Shown in pieces: positions 39,923 to 51,348 of a stretch of 64,000 bases of DNA. Both the position numbers and the translations under genes were made by a program. Location: contig OX597832.1 in the NCBI GenBank assembly GCA_951406725.2, positions 71,114,001 to 71,178,000 of the forward strand, in the 5' to 3' direction. Below the pieces are notes generated by a model that saw only the letters and a list, made by a program, of their open reading frames with translations, was not told where the DNA came from and ran no database searches. Origin of the DNA: Octopus vulgaris (taxonomy: Eukaryota). Numbering within the stretch: the first letter of the stretch is position 1; the number at the start of each line of letters is the position of its first letter.

Positions 39923-40016
39923 TATATATATACATATATGCATATATATATAAACACACACATATATATATATATATATATATGCATATATATATACATA
40001 TATGCATATATATATA

Positions 40017-40057
<41 letters not shown>

Positions 40058-40254
40058 TATATATATGTGCATATATATATGCATATATATATGTGCATAT
40101 ATATATATGCATATATATATATGCAAATATATATATATGCATATATATATATGCATATATATATATATATATATGCATATATATATATATACAAGCTGAA
40201 GGTGACCCGCTCTACGCGCGGGTAAGAGTGTGGTTGTTACTTTCTGTTGCTTCC

Positions 40255-40562
40255 TTTCAGCACGTAAAAAGCACCATCTGAACGTGGCCGATTGCAGTGC
40301 CGCCTGGACTGGCTTCTGTGCCGGTGGCATGTAAAAAGCACCAACTGATCGTGCCCGCTGCAAGTCCCCCTGGCACCTGTGACGGCGGCACAAAAAAAGC
40401 ACCCACTATGCTCATAGAGTGGTTGGCGTTAGGAAGGGCATCTACCTGTAGAAACACTGCCAGATCAGACTGGAGCCTGGTGCAGCCTCCTGGCTTCCCA
40501 GACCCGTCAAACTGACCAACCCGTGCTAGCACGGAAAACGGACGTTAAACGATGATGATGAT
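40255..40562 (+). mobile_element. RTE family B 3' end
   Basis: GCACGTAAAAAGCACC units, GTTGGCGTTAGGAAGGGCATC, (GAT)n tail. Confidence 0.85.
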
Positions 40563-43134
40563 TCTCCCTCTTTGTTTCTCTCTCACTTTCCCCACTCTCT
40601 TACTCTTCCTTTCTCTCGGACTCTCCCTCGCTTTCTCTTACTCTCTATCTTTATCTATCTCTCTCCCATTTATAAACAACAAAAGATCTTGAGTAAGTTG
40701 AGAAATAAAATATTTAGAAAGATCAATCATAAATATCAGGCAGTAACAATGGAAAGGTCTGCTTCAAGGCAGACAGCAAAACACTAACATTTAAAAGGGA
40801 CAGACGAACCTGCGAGCTGAATTAAAATAATAAAATATTGGAAACCAAAGTTTGAAGGGATAGAATCTGAGGATAGTAGAGTGACCATGGCTGGCATTTC
40901 TTAACGACGGACAGCAACGTTTTAACAGTTTAACGGCTGGTGTAAAATTTTGAACTTGATGTAAAAGAAAATCCCTAAACACCAAGTTCTGAAGTGATTC
41001 TTTCTCATGACAGTAGACTCACCATGGCAAGCATTCAAAACTTCTTCATCATGGACGGCAACACATTGACGATTAAAAGGCTGGCGCAAATTTTTTTAGC
41101 TTGATGTAACAGAGAATTCCTAAACACCCGCTCCTTTAACATTTTGGTTAATATAACCCGATTTCATTTGGGTCTACTGGGGCCACATTTTATAAGATGA
41201 GGAATTTTGTCCTAGAGGTCACGCCATTCATTTGAGGGAAAAAAATAGTTGTCATGCAAACTTGCGAGCATTGTTAACATAGGTCTGCATATTTTCAGCT
41301 CAACCGACCACATAATGCACACATTATATATATATATGTATATATGTGTGTGTGTGTTGGAGTCTCTCTCATACGTGAGCGTTGACGCTGAATTCAACTG
41401 GTAAGCAGGTAACCTCGTCTTTGTTGAAATAGTTGTGAGCTGCTGGAGTTATTTCTCTGACGGGTAATAGGAATTTCCATATCCTCCGAGAAAATTAACT
41501 GTTGACCCAGACAATTAGAATTAATTTTAATAAAAGCATCAATTTAAGAAAAAATAATAAAGTAGTAAAAAATGAAAATTTAGCACGAAAAATTTGCAGG
41601 GTTCTAAATAAATGTTAAAATGTAATAGATACGAAAAACCTACGTTATCACCAGAACACGAACGCTGGTTGGTGTGTTCTGTTTGTATTTGCTCCATCGG
41701 CGCGTTGACAGGCAGACAATAGTATGCGATGGCAGTGACGATGATAATTCTCTCTATGAATGCAGAGAGATACATAAAAGAAGGCCGTTTGAAGAGGTGA
41801 AAGTAATGGGAATGTATGAAATAGAGTGAGTGAAAAAGTGCTGGGAAGAGAGGAAATAGCGAGAGTGAGTTGAGGAAGACAGATACATTAAAGAACAGGA
41901 GTGGACTTGTCAAAGTGGGTTTTTGGCCCTAGCAACGACACCTTTTAAGATAGGGATTTCTAAGGTAGCCCACGGGCATCGTCACCTCATTTTACATGTC
42001 CCTGTAAATTTTGGAGTGAATCCAACGGGATGTAGTGGCCTTGAAAGTGATCCAAGCGGTAAAAATGCATTTCAGTTTTATATATAGAGAAGATATGCAT
42101 ATATATATATATATATATATAATTTAAAAATAGGATTAAATCTTTATAAGAATTTATCAAGTAGTTAGCATGAAAAATATATACATTTCTATGTAAGAAA
42201 TGAACCATGGCTCATACACACACCAGCTTCACACTTATTTACTCATCCATATGCACACTCACACATATACACATACATACATACACACAAACACAAATAC
42301 ATAAAACACATATCACTCCACACAGCACCTACACTAGGTTACTTGCACACATGCACACACACACAGGTCCATTTCTTTGCACACACACATAAATAATATA
42401 TATGGTGGGAGAGTATGTTTGTGTCTTCTTGTCTTCACATCACATAGTGGTAAAAAGAGGGTCTCTGTGTCATACGAGCAGTGTCATTCATTTCACATTT
42501 CCAGTATCCTGCGAGAACATGTCTTTTCATGGGAAAATATCACCTTGCTTAGTGACAGGAAGGGCATCCAGCCATAGAAAACCAGGCCTCAGTCAGCACT
42601 GGTGTTGTTTCTATGGTTGCATGCCCTTCCTAAAGCCAACCACTTTACTGTGTGTATTGAGTGCTTTATTTTTTTCATGACAACAGCAATATGAGGCCAT
42701 CAAGTAACTTGCAAGACCAGAAAAGAAACAGAAAGAAAAATTCCCCTTGACTGAATGGAGTGGAGGGATAGGAAGAGAGAGAGAGGAGGAGTGGTTTTAT
42801 GACAGGTGTTGAAGGCAAAAGTATTGTAGAAGAACAAGCACAGGTATCTTCTTCAATGGAGATACATAGCTTCCCTGCATATGAAGGAGAGTGAGAGTAG
42901 CTGGAAAGGAAAAAGTGGTGGTAACAGCATACTGGAGCATATTTTCAAAGTACAATGTAACAATCAGAAGGAAATGAAACACCAGTAGCATGGAATTTTT
43001 GTAAGGAAAACAAGTGAACTTACAGAACTATCATGAAAAATTAATTTAATTTGATTTATTTCAATTTAATTTTTGCTGTATTTCTGTATGATAAATTGTC
43101 TTTACAAATGACTGAAAATTAAATAAAAAAAATT

Positions 43135-43425
43135 AAAAAAACTGGCACTCCATTACTTACAATGATCAGGGTCACAGTTGATCCAATCAATGGAATAACC
43201 TGCTTGTGAAATTAACGTGCAAGTGGTTGAGCACTCCACAGACATGTCTACCATTAACGTAGTTCTCAGGGAGATTCAGCATGACACAGAATGTGATAAA
43301 ACTGGTCCCTTTGAATTACTGGTACAATGTAAAAAGTTTCTTGCTCAAGGACACAGTGCACCAGTGGGTATTGAACTCATGACATTACAATTGTAAGCCA
43401 AATACCCAAACCACTTGGCCATGGC
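43135..43425 (-). mobile_element. tRNA-derived SINE (second family), degenerate
   Basis: Minus strand TGGCCAAGTGG..GAGTTCAATACC..GTGTCCTTGAGCAAG, T-rich end. Confidence 0.6.
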
Positions 43426-43497
43426 AGATATAGACACTCACATAAAAGTTTCTGCACACCCATATATATATATATACACACACACGAGAACATGTTT

Positions 43498-43630
43498 GCA
43501 TCTACCAAATCCACTCACAAGGCTTTAGTTAGGCCAAGGCAAGAGAAGAAGAGACTGACCCAAGGTGCCACACAGTGGGACTGAACCTGGAACAATGCGG
43601 TTGGGAAGCAAACTTCATACCACACAGCCA
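43498..43630 (-). mobile_element. 5' part of the CORE-like SINE
   Basis: Matches 39222-39355. Confidence 0.7.
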
Positions 43631-44377
43631 TATATATATATATACTTATTCAGAAATATATATGCATGAATATGACAATATACATTATACAACCACTTAT
43701 GCATATAATGCATATGCTATAAAATTAGGACACAGCATGTGTGTGTGTGTATTTGTGTGTATAAACATATGTACACAGCATCTATACTATACATACACGT
43801 ATGTTTTATATAGAAATAAAAATTTCAGGAAATTCATAATGGCATGTTGGTCATGGTAGGGAAGATGGTGAATGGGTGGCAATCATAAATATTAACTTTA
43901 TTGTTCATTGTATTTGTAGCTAATGGCAAAGAAGTGGTGAAGTGGTGAGAAGACAAAGAGCCTTCTACATTTTTTTTACAACAATCTTCTAACACCTTTT
44001 TGTTGTTGTTAGTGTTGTTATTGTTGTGGAATATGTTATTATTTTGGTCACATTGTTGTTGCTGCTAAGTTTTGTTTTGTTTTTTGTTTCTTTGCCATGA
44101 GATGAGTTACCAACTCATTAGCAACAACTTGCTGCTGTTGCTAATATGAATATTTTACTCATTATAATTGTTTGAGTTGCTACTCTTCTTCTTGTTGCTG
44201 TTGTTGGTGGTGGTAGTGGTGTTATTACAGTTCATCACCATAAGAGGGAGTTGCTAGTATTGCTATTAATTTCTTTCACAAGAATAATATCACGTTCTAT
44301 GATATAGAGATGTATACTATAAGTATAGATATATGTATATGTATATATGTGTGTGTGTGTATGTGTGCAAGTGTATT

Positions 44378-46320
44378 CATCCTCATCGTCATCGTTGTCA
44401 TTTAACATCTGCTTTACATGCTGGCATGGGTTGGACGGTTTGACAGAGGACTGGCAAGCCAGAAGGCTGCACCAGGCTCCAATCTGATCTGGCAAATTTC
44501 TACAGCTTGATGCCATTCCCAACGCCAACCACTCTGAGAGTGTAGTGGGTACTTTTACATGTCACAGGCACGAGGGCCAGTCAGGCCGTGTTGGCATTGG
44601 CCACACTCAAATGGTGCACAGGAGCCTGTCCGGCAGCACTGACAATGATCATGCTCGAATGGTGTTTTTTTACATGCCACCGGCATGGGAGGCAGTCAGG
44701 CGATGCTGGCAGCAATCATACTCGAATGGTACTGTCATTGGCCACAACAGCGATTTCACTTGCCTCAACAGGTCTTCGCAAGCATAGTTTATTGTCCAAT
44801 GTTTGAAGGGTACTCTTAAATGGTCTGGTTATACAGCACTGGCATAGGTCACAGTTAGGGGTCTCACTTAGCTTGCCGGGTCTTCTCAAGCACAGCATAT
44901 CTCCAAAGGTCTCTGTCACTTGTCATTGCCTCAGTAAGGCTCAATGTTTCAAAGGTCATGGTTCACCACCTCATCACAAGTCTTCCTCTTCCACAGGTTC
45001 CCTACCTGCTAGGGGGTGACACTTTTTCACACAGCTGTCCTCATCCATTTCGCAATACATGACCATACCAGCGCAGTCGTCTCTCTTGCACACCACATCT
45101 GATGCTTCTTATGTCCAACTTTTCTCTCAGGGTGCTTACACTCTGTCATGTATGCACACTGACATTACACATCCAGCAGAGCATACTGACTTCATTCCTT
45201 GCGAGCTTACGCATGTCCTCAGCAGTCGCAGCCCATGTTTCACCGCCGTGTAGCATGGCTGTTCGTACACATGCATCATACAGTCTACCTTTTACTCTGA
45301 GCGAGAAGACCTTTGTCACCAGCAGAGGTAAGAGCTCTCTGAACTTTGCCCAGGCTATTCTTATTCTAGCAACTACACTGTCAGTGCACCCTCCCCTGCT
45401 ACTGACTTGGTCACCTAGGTAACAGAAGCTATCAACTACTTCTAGTTTTCCTCCCTGGAATGTGGCGGAAGTTGTTCTCTGCACATTTTCAGTGTTTATT
45501 GCTCCTGAGCATCTGCCACATACAAAAACTATCTTCCCAGTTAGCCTTCCTTTGATATTGCTGTACCTCTTATGTGTCCATAGCTTACACTGGGTACATC
45601 TTATAGAGTTTCAACCTACACCTTTTCTACTGATCGAGCAGGGCCATCTACCTGAAGGCATTTGTGGTTTGTCTGCCTTCCTACTTATTAGGACTTTGAT
45701 TTTTGCTAGGTTGATTTTAAGGCCCTTCAATTCTAATCTTAGCTTCCACACCTGAAACTTCTCCTCTAGTTCTGATAGTGACTCAGCAAATAGAGCAAGG
45801 TCATCAGCATAGAGGAGCTCCCAGGGGCATCCTGTCTTGAATTCCTCTTTTATTGCCTAGAGGACTATGATGAATAAGGGGGGAGGGCTGAGGACTGATC
45901 CTTGCTGTCCATCAGGTAGCCTTGGCTGAGGGGCATAGGCTGAGATAATGGTTGCTAACCCATGATGCAGCACTAATCTAATCTTAAATATTCTATCGCA
46001 GACTCTAACTGCCTCGATTACCTTGTCAACCCATTTCTCCACAAGAAGTATACCTATGCCCCCGACTCTGTCAGTATTCCCTGCCCAGAAAATTTTATAC
46101 CTATGTTCTTTGTGAGGAACCTAGCAGAACCTCCTCTCCACCTTACTTCTTAGATGCAGCACAAATCTACATGTCTCCATTCAAGCATCTCAACAATCTC
46201 ACCAGACCTATCTTTCAGTGTACCCACATTAAGTGTGCCAACCCTGAAGGTGTGGGAGGTGTGGGCCCATGAAACCCTGGGATGGGGGACAGTAGCATCA
46301 TGTACCTGAAAAAAAAGGTC
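44378..46320 (-). mobile_element. RTE family B copy with a large internal deletion
   Basis: APE N-terminus FRVGTLNVGTLKDRSGEIVEML and TIISAYAPQ is fused at about 45904 directly to the RT motif QGSVLSP. PHD region, C-terminus and 3'UTR follow. Confidence 0.9.
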
Positions 46321-46404
46321 ACATTTGGCATAACTCATGTACATACAAGACTTCAACCTGCATACACCACACCATCATTTTTATGCGTTACATGATCTGT
46401 TTCG

Positions 46405-47180
46405 TATCTGTTTTCCATGCTGGCATGGGTTGGACGGTTTGACTGGAACTGGTAAGCCAGAGAGATGCACTAGGATCCAGTCTGATGTTGGCTTGGTTTC
46501 TACAGCTGGATGCCCTTCCTAATACCAATGACACAAAGAGTGTGTCACCATTATGGGTGCCCCTTATGTGTCACCATGATGAGTACCTTTTATATGTCAC
46601 CAGTACATCCACAACTACGGTTTCACTTTTCTCTTGCACACCATATCTGATGCCTCTTATGCCCAATTTTTTCTCTCAAAACGCTTACACTCTATTGAAC
46701 ATGGACACTAACACTGCACATCCAGCAAAGCATTCTAACCACATTTCTTTCAAGCCTTCGCATGTTCTCTGCAGTCACAGCCCATGTTTCACTGTTATGT
46801 AGCATGGCTATCCACACACAGGCATCATATAATTTGCCTTTTACTTTGAGGGAGAGGCCCTTTGTTACCAACAAGGTAGAAGCTCTCTGAACTTTGCGCA
46901 GCCTATTCTTATTCTAGCAGCTATGCTCTGACAGCATCCACCTCCAATGCTGACATGGTCACCTAGATAATGGAAGCTATCAACTACTTCAAAGTATCCT
47001 CCCTGGCATTTGACAAAGTCTATTTTCTGTATATTTCTAGTGTTTATTGTACCTATAAATCTATTGCATACAAACACTACTTTCCCTGTTAACCTTCATC
47101 TGATATTGCTGCACCTCTTATGTGTCCATAGCTTGCACCAGGCACATTTATGGAGTTTCTATCTACGCCTTTTCTCTGTA
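46405..47180 (-). mobile_element. Older RTE family B fragment
   Basis: EVVDSFHYLGD..ARIRIG..KFRELLP, LYDACV..ETWAVTAE, and the shared 3'UTR motif. Confidence 0.8.
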
Positions 47181-47354
47181 TGTGTGTGTGTATGTATATA
47201 TACACACATACACACATCTTTTAAATTTGTTAATGGGAAATGTTTTGAATATGCAAATAAAGCTCTAATTCCATTATACTGGCCACAGTCTAAAGATGCT
47301 GACTTGTGAACCAGATTTTAAGCATTGCATTGAGTTGTACTAATATAATGTAGG

Positions 47355-47910
47355 ATCATCATCATCATCGTTTAACAGCCGCTTTCCATGCTGGCATGGG
47401 TTGGACGGTTTGACTGAGGACTGGTGAGCCAAAGGCTGCACCAGGCTCAATCTGATCTGGCAAAGTTTCTACAGCTGGATGCCCTTCCTAATGCCAACCA
47501 CTCTGAGAGTGTAGTGGGTGCCACCAGCACAAGGGCCACTCAGGTGGTTCTGGCAACAACCACGTTTAAAAGGTGTTTTTTACGTGCTACCTGCACGGGA
47601 ACCAATCCGGCAGCACTGGCAGCGACCACATTATAATGTTTTTCACATGCCACCTGTGCCGGTAAGGCAATGCTAGCAACGATCACACACGAATGGTGCT
47701 TTTAACGTGGACAATAATCCTGGATGGAATTTATGAACATTTAATGCATTGCTACATGTGTTTCCACAAATCATGTCTTTTAAGATCATCATCATCATCA
47801 TCATCGTTTAACGTCCGCTTTCCATGCTAGCATGGGTTGGACGGTTCAACTGGGGTCTGGCAAGCCCGAAGGCTGCACCAGGCCAGTCAGATCTGGCAGT
47901 GTTTCTACAG
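47355..47910 (-). mobile_element. Two RTE family B 3'-end fragments (47355-47710 and 47785-47910)
   Basis: (CAT)n CGTTTAAC..TTTCCATGCTRGCATGGGTTGGACGG occurs twice. Confidence 0.8.
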
Positions 47911-48839
47911 TCTTTATTCCTGGGATGCCTACAGTGTAGTCTGTAGTAAGTGTAGGCATCGGGAGTTGATCATTTTCGTGGATTCATTTTGTTCAGGTGT
48001 CATAACATTAATGGATGTTTAACAGAGGAAATGTTTATCCCTTTTGATCTTCACACTGGTCAATGAGAAAAAGAAAAAACAATAACCCATCCAAAAATAA
48101 AAAAGTATCAACTAAATAGAGAAATATAAATTTGCTTGGAAAGAGGTGGGGGTTGGTACCTGAAGGTCATCTGGGCATAGAATCTATACCTAACAAATTC
48201 CATCTGACCCATGGAAGCATGGAAAAGGAGATGTTGAAATGAAGATGATGATGATGATAATGAGACAGTTGTAGTTGTGATATTCATTATCTTTAGCATC
48301 TATCTCGGCTTTTAGGTATTAATTAAATGCATCACAAATAGTCTTTCCTAACCTTTTCACTCCCTGGTTTGTTAGTTCTTAATTATTCATGAACCTGTGT
48401 CAGGTCTAAATTCTTTATATAACATGATATGAAAAATTCTTAATCAGTTTTGTATTTTCACAAATGTTTTGGCATCTTTTTTTCGAATCTCAGTCATATC
48501 TCAGTTTCTCTAAATCTATGAACTGTGGAAAACAAACATTAAATGATGATGATGACCAACCCATGCCAGCATGGAAAACAGATGATAATGATGATGTCTG
48601 TAGCAGTATTTTTAGCTATTTATTACCTGCAACATAAAATTTGAGACCATATACAAACAAAAATGATTGTCCTTCCATAGAATTTGTATATAAGTCCTGT
48701 CAGGTTTAACACATTTGTTGGCAGTGTTAACACCAAACTGATAGAAGTGCAGAGAGGGAGTCTCCCTGCAATATTCCATTTTTAATAGAAATGGAATTAG
48801 CTTTTTTTATAGTTTTCTCTCTTGTCTGTATGTGCAGAA

Positions 48840-49285
48840 TTATTGTTGTTATCATTATTATTATTATTATTATTGAGTGAGAGAGCAGCACATGCCATCA
48901 AAGTGATACTGGGATAAAATATACGAAGCCCAGTATACCCATCATGACTACCCGTCTGATAAGGGTACACTAGGCACATGCATCACAACCATATATGCGC
49001 GACATGGTGATCTCATATCAAGATAAACAGCACATGACCTTGCAGATGGGGCCCAGTTAGAATTTTCTTCTGGTCGAGTAACCCATCCCACTCAAAAGGT
49101 CCCTGAATAAGGGTTGTTTAAGGATGTCGAACAAAACACCCATGTTTCCAGAGGTGAATTATTCAAACCCCAAAGAATCCCTCTCAACACATGGCTATGA
49201 TGCTCCCCTACTACTTCTGCTCATGATCAGAGATGCACATATCATCAGCCACTAAGGGACATGCTCAACTGGTTAAGGTCAAATT
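48840..49285 (-). repeat. Probable retroposon 3' fragment with (AAT)n tail, unclassified
   Basis: Higher-GC block ending in (AAT)n on the minus strand, with no ORF. Confidence 0.4.
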
Positions 49286-49399
49286 TATAAGTACCAGTTA
49301 CACACTGGTGTCAACATAAGTAACTCATTCCCTCTCCCAAAATTGCTACCCTTGTGGCAAAATTTGAAACCATTATTATTATTATTAATATCATCATTA

Positions 49400-49665
49400 A
49401 GCAAAGTGACAGAGTTAGCATGTCTGCAAAAGTATTTGGCAGTATTTTTTCCAGTTCTTTCCATTCTGAGTTCAAATTCTGCTGAGGTCCACTTTGCCCT
49501 TCATCTTTCTAGCAGCTGATAAAGTAAAGTATCAGACATGTACTAGGGCTGCTGATATTATAATTTAACCCCACTTCCCTCAAAATTGCTGGCCTTGTGC
49601 CTAAATCAGAAATCAACATCCACCTCATCATCATTACTAGTTTTGTTATTATTATTATTATTATT
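49400..49665 (+). mobile_element. Degenerate SINE with a Nin/Deu-like domain
   Basis: B box GAGTTCAAATTC, then GAGGTCCACTTTGCCCTTCATCTTTC..GATAAAGTAAAGTATCAG. Similar 3' ends at about 49287-49385 and 60985-61050. Confidence 0.55.
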
Positions 49666-49935
49666 ATTATCATCAGTAGTAGTAGTGTTATCACGTCTTT
49701 GATCAGGATAAAACTGTGTCCATGTTGCTGCTGCTGCCTTCTGATATTGTTGCTATTGATGTTATGAGGTTTCTTCTTTCTTATTTTTTAAAAATTTCAT
49801 TTTACTTTATTTTTTGGCTGAATACATTTAATCAACATCAACAACCAACGATTGCACACTGCATATAACAACTCACAAAAATACACCTGAAGGTACTCTC
49901 TTTTACTTCCCTGTTTATGCATATATATATATATA

Positions 49936-50150
49936 CCGGAGTAAACACATAAATGTGAAACAAGGTGGAAAAAAGAGTACTCAAATACCAGTGGTAGAGT
50001 AATATGCTTTATTTAAAGCAGCAGAAAATTCAACAAAATCTGTTACTCTGAGTTTCTCGTTGCCATTCAGCAAAAACTGTCTGATGAATGGCAACGAGAA
50101 ACTCAGAGTCACAGATTTTGTTGAATTTTCTGCTGCTTTAAATAAAGTAT
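49936..50150. mobile_element. Foldback Penelope-like remnant with hammerhead motif
   Basis: Arms 50002-50069 and 50085-50150 are reverse complements. Plus strand 50073-50119 reads AAAACTGT CTGATGA ATGGCAACGA GAAA CTCAGAG TC ACAGATTTT. TA repeats flank it. Confidence 0.7.
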
Positions 50151-50642
50151 ATATATATATATATATACAAGAACTATAATAAACAGGAGTTTACATTGTG
50201 TGTGTGTGTGTGTGTGTGCGTGTGTTGGGCATAGGAAGAAGATACAGATAAAAAAGATTTTATATGTATGTATGTATATTCTTTCTTTTTAAACATACCT
50301 TTATTTATTGCTTCTTTGATCAAAATATTTGTAAATATTTCTGTTTCTAATTGCTTTTGCAGACCTCCACCCCACCATAGACATAAATCTTACATAACAA
50401 CAACAACAAGCTGTTAAAAATATACTAAACCACTCATCTCCCACACCTCCATCCCTGCTAGTCAACCTATCTGCTTTTTTGTGTCTCTCTCTCAAAAAAC
50501 AAAAACAAAAAAAGTAAAAAAACACCCTTATGTTTACTACTTTGATCAAAATAAGAAATTTTGAAGAATAATATATCATCAAACTAATATGCAAAACTGG
50601 TCTATTCTCACACTTTCCTCTCTCTCTCTCTCTCTCTCTTTG

Positions 50643-50675
<33 letters not shown>

Positions 50676-50717
50676 CTCTGTCTTTTCAAAAATACCATTA
50701 TTCCTTACTGCTTTAGC

Positions 50718-51095
50718 TCTGTGTGTGTGGCTTAGAAGTTTGCTTTGCAATCAAGTGCTTTTGGGTTTGATCCCCACTTTGTGACACCTTGAACAAGTTT
50801 CTTTGTTTTAGCTTCAGGTCAACCAAAATCATGCGAGTAGAATTTAGGAGACAAAAGATTCTGCAGAAGCATGTCATGTGTGTATATATGTATTTATATA
50901 CACACACACACACATAACATACTCATGCAGTTTATGTTGTATTTCTTTATGTCCTTAAGTTAACAGTCTGGCTGACAGAAAAGGATGAAATAAGTAACAA
51001 ACTCAAATGTTGGAATTAATAGGATTGACTAAATCCTTGAAAGCAGAGTGCTAGCATGGCTACAGTCTAATGACTGAAACCTGTAAATGAATAGA
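50718..51095 (+). mobile_element. Degenerate CORE-like SINE (head 50718-50870, tail about 50965-51095)
   Basis: GGGTTTGATCCC..GACACCTTGAACAAG, tail AGCATGGCTACAGTCTAATGACTGAAAC. Confidence 0.6.
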
Positions 51096-51104
51096 AGGCT
51101 ATAG

Positions 51105-51134
<30 letters not shown>

Positions 51135-51137
<3 letters not shown>

Positions 51138-51348
51138 TATTAGAAAAAATGAGGTAATCAGATCGGATGGTTCATATTTATAGATATTTATTTATATATT
51201 ACATTTTTTACATATATATATCATATCATTCAGATCATATCATTCGGATTAGCGCTTTCTCCCAATCTAGTGGGCTTTTCAAATCCCACTCGAAAAGCCC
51301 ACTAGATTGGGAGAAAGCGCTAATCCGAATGATATGATCTGAATGATA
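51135..51348. mobile_element. Foldback element with a minus-strand hammerhead variant, split by an RTE insertion
   Basis: Perfect inverted arms 51224-51280 and 51292-51348. The outer arm 51135-51213 pairs with 54339-54417. Minus strand 51246-51286 reads GGAT TTGAAAA GCCCA-CTAGAT-TGGGA GAAA GCGC TA ATCC. Confidence 0.7.

Noticed and set aside
40930-41130. Diverged ~55-bp direct repeat about 145 bp apart
   Set aside because: Only two degenerate copies, with no ORF or termini, so it is uninterpretable.
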